A program made the translations under genes and the position numbers. Below the pieces are notes generated by a model. That model ran no database searches and was not told the DNA's origin. It worked only from the letters and a program-made list of their open reading frames with translations. A stretch of 32,352 nt of DNA, taken from assembly GCA_038045405.1 (NCBI GenBank), contig JBBSYF010000018.1, positions 1-32,352 of the forward strand, written 5' to 3'. Shown piece by piece: positions 18,976 to 26,281 of the stretch. Numbering within the stretch: position 1 is the stretch's first letter; each line of letters opens with the position of its first letter. Source of the stretch: Nanobdellota archaeon (GTDB lineage: Archaea > Nanobdellota > Nanobdellia > Pacearchaeales > GW2011-AR1).

Positions 18976-20058
18976 TTATCTTATTTCCTATCTTTTCATA
19001 CCATTTACCTTTAAAATCTGTAAAAAAAACTCTTATATTCTCATCATCTTTACTAATAACTTCTCTGATATACCTCCCTTCTTCCCATTTTTTGTTTATT
19101 ATTATAAAAAATTTATTTACCTTTTTGGTTTTAATTAAAAAATTTGCTTCTAAAATTCTCAGTCTTACTAACGCAGGTTTTACCTTATGTCTTGTAACTA
19201 AGTCTCCATATTTAGGGATTGAATTGTGAATTTCTACTGCAATGTTATTGTGAATTAAGAAGTCATAAGGATCTGCAGGGTCTTTTATCTTAATTTTAAC
19301 TCCTTTTTTATCCATATACTCTACCAACTCTCTTTCTTCTTTTATACTATAAAAATCACTCATGATCAAATTAAACGATGCCAAGTTTAGTTTCAATCTT
19401 ATTGGCAACCATTTTTTTTTGTTTAGTTTAGCAATTTCGTTTTTGTTTAACAATTCTTTTGGAATGGCTATTTGAACCCTTTTTTTACTGTGAGGAGTTA
19501 ATCTCCTAGCATTAAACTCTTCAGACTTAATTATTATAATATCGTCTTGTAACCTACTAAACAGACATTTAACCGTTTCACTTTTAACAATATCATGGAG
19601 TTTTTTTGAAGAAATATCAAGATAATACCTTCCATTATTAATCCGAACACCAGCATTTTTCGCTATTAAATCAGATGGAATTATTTTAGAGAGGGGAGAC
19701 CCAACACTTTTGCCCAAAATTTCATTCTTATTTATCTTCCACTCTTTTTCGTCTAAATACACAAAAACATTTCTCTTCTCATTCAAAGAAATTTTACCAC
19801 TCTTCATTAAGTTAGTTATCGCTACCTGTAATCTTTTCCCTTTTGCTATTGTTACATGAGTCTCTCCCTTTGGGCTTATGAGCAAACCCTCATTGTAATT
19901 TCTTATAGAAATGCTATTTTTGTTCCCGATTACCCTATTAGATAACTCCTTACTATGAATTACTAAAAGCTTAGTATTTTTGTTATTTGTAATTATCCTT
20001 CCTACCAAAATTAACATCCCATTTTTAATGTTTCCTAATATTTAAATCTTTCTTTTAG
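18883..20058. mobile_element. Putative terminus-replacing endonuclease cassette in gatD (replacement 3' end plus antisense nuclease gene)
   Basis: Bounded by two colinear 30-codon GatD C-termini (18883-18975 expressed, 20059-20151 orphaned). Boundaries inferred from where protein similarity begins. Confidence 0.7.
18953..20017 (-). CDS. Putative endonuclease (C-terminal PD-(D/E)xK-like domain, N-terminal AbrB-like repeats)
   Basis: Very basic 354-aa protein. C-terminal EERELVEYM...DPYDFLIHNNIAVEIH pattern. Own BRE/TATA (TTTAAA 20041-20046, minus strand). Stop overlaps the gatD 3' end by 23 nt. The fold assignment is inference. Confidence 0.6.
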   Translation of the reverse strand: MLILVGRIITNNKNTKLLVIHSKELSNRVIGNKNSISIRNYNEGLLISPKGETHVTIAKGKRLQVAITNLMKSGKISLNEKRNVFVYLDEKEWKINKNEILGKSVGSPLSKIIPSDLIAKNAGVRINNGRYYLDISSKKLHDIVKSETVKCLFSRLQDDIIIIKSEEFNARRLTPHSKKRVQIAIPKELLNKNEIAKLNKKKWLPIRLKLNLASFNLIMSDFYSIKEERELVEYMDKKGVKIKIKDPADPYDFLIHNNIAVEIHNSIPKYGDLVTRHKVKPALVRLRILEANFLIKTKKVNKFFIIINKKWEEGRYIREVISKDDENIRVFFTDFKGKWYEKIGNKIINLLVEN

Positions 20059-20151
20059 TGGGTTTTGGGACATACAAAAGATAAGGAAGAAGTCAAGAAG
20101 ATGATGCTTACTAACTATTCTGGAGAGATTTCCGGTAGACTGGAAGAATAG
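20059..20151 (+). pseudogene. gatD: Orphaned gatD 3' end: WVLGHTKDKEEVKKMMLTNYSGEISGRLEE*
   Basis: Aligns without gaps to the last 30 aa of the expressed GatD with 12/30 identities. Preceded by an in-frame TAG and lacks its own start context. Confidence 0.9.
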
Positions 20152-20219
20152 GTGTTTTGTTGTCTTTCTTGAAAGGTGACAATCGAAAGGTTTTTAAGTA
20201 AAACAGACTGTGCTGAAAC

Positions 20220-20678
20220 ATGAGATTTGATACTGATTTACCAAAAGAATATGGCCCAAGACTTTGGAATAGTCCAGCCTTTTCTAAAAGAAAAAGAATC
20301 ACTGAAAGAGTCAGAGCCAGCTTAGAAAATACTCTTTATCTCTACAGTGAAATGGCTAGAACTCATGCGAGACAAACAGACAACAATCCAAGGAATTTCA
20401 GTGTTAAAGGTGTAAGTATTGTTGGAAGCTGTGCTCAGTTTAATAGAACAAACTCTGATATTGACTATATGCTTGTTTGTCCGAATATAGATGGGAAAAG
20501 TGCAGATTTCCTAAAGACAATGATGTCTTATGTTTTGTTTTGTGAAAGAGATAAGACAGAAGCCGTTGATATTTTCATAAGATCTGAGGATAAATACCCG
20601 GAACGAGCCTCTGTAGACATTACTTCTCAAGTCAGAGATTTAATTGGAAGATGTAACTACAATCTTCTTAAAGGATAA
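20220..20678 (+). CDS. Pol-beta-superfamily minimal nucleotidyltransferase-like protein
   Basis: IVGS..........SDIDYML and third Asp in AVDIF. BRE/TATA CGAAAGGTTTTTAAG at 20184-20198. Confidence 0.7.
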   Translation: MRFDTDLPKEYGPRLWNSPAFSKRKRITERVRASLENTLYLYSEMARTHARQTDNNPRNFSVKGVSIVGSCAQFNRTNSDIDYMLVCPNIDGKSADFLKTMMSYVLFCERDKTEAVDIFIRSEDKYPERASVDITSQVRDLIGRCNYNLLKG

Positions 20679-20684
20679 CTAAAA

Positions 20685-21650
20685 ATGTTAAACAAAACTT
20701 TACTCGAAATTGACGGAATCGTGTCTAGAGTGAACACTCACCCAGAATATTCTGGTTGTGTGGCAAGGGAAAAATATCATTTCCTTAGAGAGGAAGCTGC
20801 AGAACACTCTCTTGACATTGAACTTGCTTCAGATAGAAAAAAGCTCACGGGAAAACAAAGAGAATTATTTTTACAAAGAATTGGCCGGGCTCAAGAATTT
20901 TTGGCGCAATCTGGCCTGTCTATGTACTCTTTATCAAGGTTAGGGAGTATTATAGAACCGGAAGCAAATCCCTCTGGAGGTTTTAGAAACTTAGAAGTTT
21001 CTTTTGGAGACTTTTACGGAATAAAACCTGCTACACTTCACTATGAAGTTAAGGATTTACTTGACTTTTTGTCAGCCTCAGATTCTCACCCTGTTGTAAG
21101 AGCTGCACAAGCACATGTTGAGTTAGTTAGAATACACCCTTACGGAGATGGAAACGGAAGAGTTGCAAGATTGCTACAAAACTTTTGTCTTCAACAAAGA
21201 AACTATCCTCCCGCAATAATTCCTTCCGATAATAGAGATAAGTACATCAATCTTATGAGAACCGTTCTCCAAGATAGGGTTAAAGGAAAAGGAAGTTTGT
21301 TTGATCCATCCGTACGTGAAACAGAATTTTATGACTTTGTTGCTCAAGAAGTTCTTTCCTCTGCAAAACAACTTGAAGATGAACTTAGAGTGAAAAGAAT
21401 ATATCATGTTAACTTAACTAATGTGCATGACCCTAGAACAGTTGGAACAATTGCTAGCATCCTTAGAAATGCTGGAAGACGTCCTGGAAGTAAAGGAGTG
21501 AATGTCTTAATAAACAAAAAGAATGGCCACAAGAGAGGGGAATCTCTAAAAGTTGTGGGTGACATTGGCCGGGATGAACTTGTTCACGATTTAGAAAAAT
21601 TTTGTCCTAAATACAGAATTCACTTTGTGATAGAAGATAGATTCTGTTAA
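20685..21650 (+). CDS. Fic-family protein with extra C-terminal domain
   Basis: Fic motif IHPYGDGNGRVARL, upstream GGFR.LEV, and HPVVRAAQAH. Confidence 0.9.
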   Translation: MLNKTLLEIDGIVSRVNTHPEYSGCVAREKYHFLREEAAEHSLDIELASDRKKLTGKQRELFLQRIGRAQEFLAQSGLSMYSLSRLGSIIEPEANPSGGFRNLEVSFGDFYGIKPATLHYEVKDLLDFLSASDSHPVVRAAQAHVELVRIHPYGDGNGRVARLLQNFCLQQRNYPPAIIPSDNRDKYINLMRTVLQDRVKGKGSLFDPSVRETEFYDFVAQEVLSSAKQLEDELRVKRIYHVNLTNVHDPRTVGTIASILRNAGRRPGSKGVNVLINKKNGHKRGESLKVVGDIGRDELVHDLEKFCPKYRIHFVIEDRFC

Positions 21651-21688
21651 TTCGCTAATTTAATAAACTCTATTTGTTTTTTTGATGA

Positions 21689-21760
21689 ATGAGTGAAGAA
21701 GTCGATTATGCTAAGCTAGGGTTGAAATGCGGTCTCGAGATACATCAACAACCTCTTTAG
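21689..21760 (+). pseudogene. gatE: Orphaned gatE 5' end: MSEEVDYAKLGLKCGLEIHQQPL*
   Basis: 13/16 identities over DY..GLEIHQQ to the N-terminus of the expressed GatE. Similarity stops after QQ and a TAG follows two codons later. TATA-like TTTAATAA at 21659-21666. Confidence 0.92.
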
Positions 21761-23009
21761 TGGAATTAGATGAAATAGGAAAGTATTTAAATTTGAAGAA
21801 CTATATTTTATTATGGAATTTATGAATTCTGATTTTGCTTACTTAATTGGTAACTTTTTAGCTGATGGATCTTTTTATAAAGATAAAAACGGCTACAGAT
21901 TCGAATTTACTGATGGTTCTCCCTATAAAAAAGAATTAACATACTCTGTAACCCATCTTCTAAAGATAAAAAGTATCTTGGAAAAATCTCTTAATAAAAG
22001 TTTACCTGATTTGAGACAAAGGGGCAACAGATTTGTTCTCTCTTTTAGAAATAGAGAATTGGTAAGTTTATTTTTAACTACTTTTAAGTTTTCATCAGGG
22101 GATAAATCAAAAACTATAGACATCCCGCAGTTTTACAAAGACACTGAATTAGAAAGGAGCTTTTGGCAAGGATACTTAGATGGTGATGGTTCTATTGCGA
22201 GAAATTCACGAAGAATTGCTGTTGAATCTATGAGTAATAAAATAATGCTTTCTTTTGCAATTTATTTGAATAAGAATAAGATTAATTTCTCATCATATAA
22301 CTCAAAACGTTTTAATGAATTTTCTCATGTCATTCTAATAAGAAGCGTTTCTTTTAGGGATTTTGCAGAGAAAGTGGGGTTTTTACACCCACTTAAAGTA
22401 AGATTACTCAAAGAAAAATTAAAAGATAGAGATTTTTTCACTAAAAATGAGATAAATCCTGCTATCTTAAATAAAAAAGTAGATTACACTCTGCTATTTG
22501 ATGATTCTGTTTTCTTGGAAAATGGAAGAGAATTATTAACTAAATACGGTTACACTAAATATCATCGAAAAAACGCTTCAATGCAGAAGATTGTTAGCTT
22601 AATGAAAAAAAATGGTTTAGACAATGAAGGTATACTTAAGATTATAACTCAGTATAGATTCAAGAAAAGTAAAGGTTCTATCCATTCAGTTCGCCTTCCC
22701 TTAAGTATTGGAAAAGATATCATTAGGATATCTAAGTTTGTTAGGATTAGAGATGGTGGAATAACTTTCTCTAAAAGATATGTTGAATCGTTTAATGAAG
22801 ATTTTGATGAAATCCTAAATCTAACAGAAAATACTTTTGATTTAAAGCCTAAATTTACATCTAAAAATGAGCCCTTATTTTGTAGTGGTGTTTTATCAGA
22901 TTTTTTCAATAAAATTATAAAGAGAGTTGACGATTCATAAAAATGGAAAATAAAGATATAGACTACCAGAAAATAGGTCTTAAAATTGGACTGGAGATAC
23001 ACCAACAGC
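21753..23009 (+). mobile_element. Putative terminus-replacing LAGLIDADG cassette in gatE (endonuclease plus replacement 5' end)
   Basis: Lies between two copies of the GLEIHQQ-coding segment (ending about 21752 and 23009). Contains a promoter, the LAGLIDADG ORF and a new gatE start. Confidence 0.75.
21813..22940 (+). CDS. Free-standing two-motif LAGLIDADG homing endonuclease
   Basis: FAYLIGNFLADGSF and FWQGYLDGDGSI motifs. No intein splicing termini. Own BRE/TATA (GAAAG-TATTTAAA, 21779-21791). Confidence 0.88.
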   Translation: MEFMNSDFAYLIGNFLADGSFYKDKNGYRFEFTDGSPYKKELTYSVTHLLKIKSILEKSLNKSLPDLRQRGNRFVLSFRNRELVSLFLTTFKFSSGDKSKTIDIPQFYKDTELERSFWQGYLDGDGSIARNSRRIAVESMSNKIMLSFAIYLNKNKINFSSYNSKRFNEFSHVILIRSVSFRDFAEKVGFLHPLKVRLLKEKLKDRDFFTKNEINPAILNKKVDYTLLFDDSVFLENGRELLTKYGYTKYHRKNASMQKIVSLMKKNGLDNEGILKIITQYRFKKSKGSIHSVRLPLSIGKDIIRISKFVRIRDGGITFSKRYVESFNEDFDEILNLTENTFDLKPKFTSKNEPLFCSGVLSDFFNKIIKRVDDS

Positions 23010-24412
23010 TAGACACCAGCAGAAAACTATTCTGTAACTGTCCTTCTGTATTAAGAAAAGATGAACCTGATTTTACTATAAAAAGAAAACTTCACGCCGT
23101 TGCAGGAGAAAGCGGCGAAGTTGATGCTGCAGCTACTTATCAACATTCTTTAGATAAAGAATTTGTTTATGAGTGTTATAATGATTCAAGCTGTCTTATA
23201 GAATATGACGAATCTCCTCCAGAGATTATTGATTCAAAGGCTTTAGAAATCGCAACCCATGTTTCTCTTTTGCTTAATGCTAAAATAATTCCTCTGACTC
23301 AGATTATGAGGAAGACTGTTGTTGATGGGAGCAACACTTCTGGTTTCCAAAGAACAGTGATGATTGCCAGAGATGGATTTGTTGAAACAAGTTTAGGAAG
23401 AGTTGGAATTGCTTCTATCTGCCTTGAAGAGGATAGTGCAAGAGTTGTTGGAGATAAAAATCAAGAGGGCAAAGTTATAGTTTACAGATTGGACAGACTT
23501 GGAATTCCTTTAATTGAGATTGCAACTGAACCTGACATCACAACGCCAAAGCAGGCAAAAGAAGTTGCACTGCATATTGGAGAAATTTTAAGAGCTTGCA
23601 AGGTTAAACGTGGATTGGGTACTATAAGACAAGATGTTAATCTTTCTGTTAAGAATGGGAAAAGAATTGAATTAAAAGGATTTCAAGACATAATGAACAT
23701 CGAGAATGCAATTGAGACGGAAATGAAAAGACAAGTAGGATTGGTACATTTAAACAAAAGTGTTTCGGAAGTTAGGAAAGTTTTTCCTGATGGAAGAAGC
23801 GAGTTTCTCAGACCTATGCCTGGTGCTGCGAGAATGTATCCTGAAACAGACCTACCCCTTTTGAAAATTTCTCGTGAGATGATGGATGAAGCAAAAAAAA
23901 CTTTACCAAAAACTAAAAAAGAATTAGAAGAAGAACTGGAAAATGAAGGGCTGAACAAAGAGATGATCTCTTTATTACTGAACCAAGGCAAGATTGAAGA
24001 GTTCAAAGAACTTTTGAAGATTATTAACAAACCCCAACTCGTTGGAAAAGTTTTGCTTATTTATCCAAAAGAAATTGCGTCAAGAGAAAAAGTCTCTTTG
24101 GAGGATGTGGGTGAAATATTGAACAAGGATGCTCTTGCAGATGTTCTTGAAAATTTAAAGAAAGGCAAAATTTCTGAAGGAGACTTGAAACATGTTCTCA
24201 CAAAGATTGTCAAGGGAGAAGAACACGAAAAATCCTTAGAATCTAAAAAAGAAGACGGAGAAACCGTTGAAGAACAAATAATGAAACTCGTCAAATCAAA
24301 ACCGGGACTCACAGTAAACGCTTACATGGGTTTGGTTATGAAAGATCTTAAGGGAAAAGTTACTGGGGAAGAAGCTGTAGAAATAATTAAAAGGCACGCA
24401 AGTAAAAAATAA
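22943..24412 (+). CDS. gatE: Glutamyl-tRNA(Gln) amidotransferase subunit E (lacks AspRS-like insertion)
   Basis: GLEIHQQL..KLFC, MRKTVVDGSNTSGFQRT, LEEDSAR, LDRLGIPLIEIAT, RGLGTIRQDVNLS, RPMPGAARMYPETD. Confidence 0.96.
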   Translation: MENKDIDYQKIGLKIGLEIHQQLDTSRKLFCNCPSVLRKDEPDFTIKRKLHAVAGESGEVDAAATYQHSLDKEFVYECYNDSSCLIEYDESPPEIIDSKALEIATHVSLLLNAKIIPLTQIMRKTVVDGSNTSGFQRTVMIARDGFVETSLGRVGIASICLEEDSARVVGDKNQEGKVIVYRLDRLGIPLIEIATEPDITTPKQAKEVALHIGEILRACKVKRGLGTIRQDVNLSVKNGKRIELKGFQDIMNIENAIETEMKRQVGLVHLNKSVSEVRKVFPDGRSEFLRPMPGAARMYPETDLPLLKISREMMDEAKKTLPKTKKELEEELENEGLNKEMISLLLNQGKIEEFKELLKIINKPQLVGKVLLIYPKEIASREKVSLEDVGEILNKDALADVLENLKKGKISEGDLKHVLTKIVKGEEHEKSLESKKEDGETVEEQIMKLVKSKPGLTVNAYMGLVMKDLKGKVTGEEAVEIIKRHASKK

Positions 24413-24424
24413 AAGTAATCTTCT

Positions 24425-24757
24425 TTATATCGTAAACTCTAGAAGGTAATTCCCTATTTGCCCTATTTCTTTATCAATAGCTTTTCCGTCTATAACTGGG
24501 CGACCGTATTTGTCCTTTCCTTCAGTTATCTCCGCAGACAAGTCTTTATAGCACTCAGCCATGAAAATCGCTAAACCGAGCATACCTTCTTGAGAAACGT
24601 TCTGGGGACAACTCTTTAACCTTTCTGCAAAGTCTTTCAAGAAATCCTCCTCTGTTAGAGAAGTTTCACTATGTTTGACTTTTACGTCTTGGTAAGCTGC
24701 TTTTACAAACTCAAGCAAACCATTTACTGCCTTTTGACTAAATCCACTTGGTGGCAT
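24425..24757 (-). CDS. Hypothetical protein with internal duplication
   Basis: 110 aa. FSQKAVNGLLEFVKAAYQDV is echoed by VSQEGMLGLAIFMAECYKDL. Confidence 0.75.
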   Translation of the reverse strand: MPPSGFSQKAVNGLLEFVKAAYQDVKVKHSETSLTEEDFLKDFAERLKSCPQNVSQEGMLGLAIFMAECYKDLSAEITEGKDKYGRPVIDGKAIDKEIGQIGNYLLEFTI

Positions 24758-24801
24758 TTTGATTTTTCTCCATGTTTAGTTAAAATCTCCAGTAATTTTA
24801 T

Positions 24802-24831
24802 ACTAATATTAGTTATCTCCCCTGTACAGGG
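24802..24831. promoter_or_regulatory. Candidate operator palindromes in a divergent promoter
   Basis: Perfect 12-bp palindromes ACTAATATTAGT (24802-24813) and CCCTGTACAGGG (24820-24831) upstream of the TrmB-family gene. Confidence 0.45.
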
Positions 24832-24875
24832 TATATAATGGTAATGATTAAATACTCCAAAAACATGGTTTTTAC

Positions 24876-25622
24876 ATGGCAAGCAACGAGCATTATGAGC
24901 TGTTAAAGGCTGGGCTTACTGATGGAGAATCCAAAGTCTATCTTTCATTAAGTGAACTGGGAAGCAGTACAGTTGGCCCTGTAGTAAAGAAATCAAGAGT
25001 TGCTTACTCAAATGTATACGATATTCTGAACCGACTAATAGAAAAGGGATTAGTAAGCTTCGTGATAAAAGGTAAAACGAAGTATTTCCAGGCTACGAGT
25101 CCTAAAAATTTACTTGACTATCTTGAAAAAAAAGAAAAAGACATTTTATCTCAGAAAGAAGAAATGAAAAAAATTCTTCCTAGTTTAGAGAAGCTTCAAG
25201 GCTCTCATACTGAACAAGAAGCAGAAGTTTTTCTCGGAGTTAAAGGACTAAAGGCAGGTTATGAAAAAATGATTAAAGAGAAAACAAAGAAGGATGAAAT
25301 ACTTTACTTCTACTTGCATGAGAAAGAGCATTCGGAGAAAGCTGACTTGTTTTATCATAGTTTACAGAACATATCTAAGAAAGTTAAAATGAGGGGCTTA
25401 GCGAATAAAGAATACAAAAACTCATGGTTTGCTAAAAAATCAAAATTTTTGAATGTTAGATTTGTGGACTTTCCTCTTCCAGGAAATATTGACATCATTG
25501 GTGGCATGGTTCTCCTTGTATCTTGGAAACCAGAAACCATTGGTGTTCTCATAAAGTCAGAGAACATCGCAAAAAACTTAAGAGATTACTTTAACGAAGT
25601 TTGGAACAAGGCAAAGCAATAA
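24876..25622 (+). CDS. TrmB-family transcriptional regulator
   Basis: GLTDGESKVYLSL.ELG, VYDILNRLIEKGLV, YFQATSP, coiled coil, VFLGVKG, C-terminal FNEVW. Confidence 0.9.
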   Translation: MASNEHYELLKAGLTDGESKVYLSLSELGSSTVGPVVKKSRVAYSNVYDILNRLIEKGLVSFVIKGKTKYFQATSPKNLLDYLEKKEKDILSQKEEMKKILPSLEKLQGSHTEQEAEVFLGVKGLKAGYEKMIKEKTKKDEILYFYLHEKEHSEKADLFYHSLQNISKKVKMRGLANKEYKNSWFAKKSKFLNVRFVDFPLPGNIDIIGGMVLLVSWKPETIGVLIKSENIAKNLRDYFNEVWNKAKQ

Positions 25623-25699
25623 CTTAATAATCTAAGAACTCCAATCTTAGAAAATCTTAAAAACTCTTTCTTAATTGTTCAAGTATAAAAAACTTGAAA

Positions 25700-26251
25700 A
25701 TGATTCCAAATAAAATATTTTTTACGAAAGGAGTTGGCAGACACAAAGAAAAACTTGCAAGTTTTGAAGCTGCTTTGCGAGATGCTGGTATAGAAAAATT
25801 TAATCTTGTTTATGTTTCTAGTATATTTCCTCCAAGTTCTAAAATAGTTCCGAAAGAAGAAGGATTGAAATATCTCGGCCCTGGAGAAATTGTTTACTGT
25901 GTTATGGCAAGAACCGAAACAAATGAACATAACAGATTAATTGTCTCTTCTATAGGCTGTGCAATTCCAAAAGAAGAAGGGCAATATGGTTATTTGTCGG
26001 AGCATCATGGTTATGGTGAAACGGAGAAAGTTGCGGGGGATTATGCAGAGGATTTAGCTGCAAGCATGTTAGCAACAACATTAGGGATTGAATTTGATTC
26101 GAATACTGCTTGGGACGAAAGGGAACAAATATACAAGATGTCGAACAAAATCCTTAGGACTAGGAATGTAACTCAATCTGCCGAAGGAAAAGACGGAGTA
26201 TGGACGACCGTAATTGCTGCCGCTGTTCTTATTACGGACAAAAATCAATAA
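25700..26251 (+). CDS. pdaD: Pyruvoyl-dependent arginine decarboxylase
   Basis: FFTKGVG.H...[24 protein letters not shown] (Ser-Ser cleavage site), [17 protein letters not shown]. Confidence 0.92.
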   Translation: MIPNKIFFTKGVGRHKEKLASFEAALRDAGIEKFNLVYVSSIFPPSSKIVPKEEGLKYLGPGEIVYCVMARTETNEHNRLIVSSIGCAIPKEEGQYGYLSEHHGYGETEKVAGDYAEDLAASMLATTLGIEFDSNTAWDEREQIYKMSNKILRTRNVTQSAEGKDGVWTTVIAAAVLITDKNQ

Positions 26252-26281
26252 TTTAATAAATCTGTTTTTCTAGTGCTATTC

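Noticed and set aside
20051-20061. TCTTT(T)AGTGG appears near both cassette junctions (20051 and 21754)
   Set aside because: At gatD it straddles the junction (TGG is the orphan's Trp codon), while at gatE it lies inside the cassette. It is a short AT-rich word and probably coincidental.
21813-22940. LAGLIDADG ORF as an intein or intron-encoded protein
   Set aside because: It has its own ATG, stop and promoter, no Cys/Ser start or His-Asn end, and is not fused in frame to a host protein. The downstream gatE is complete without splicing, and I saw no group I or bulge-helix-bulge structure.
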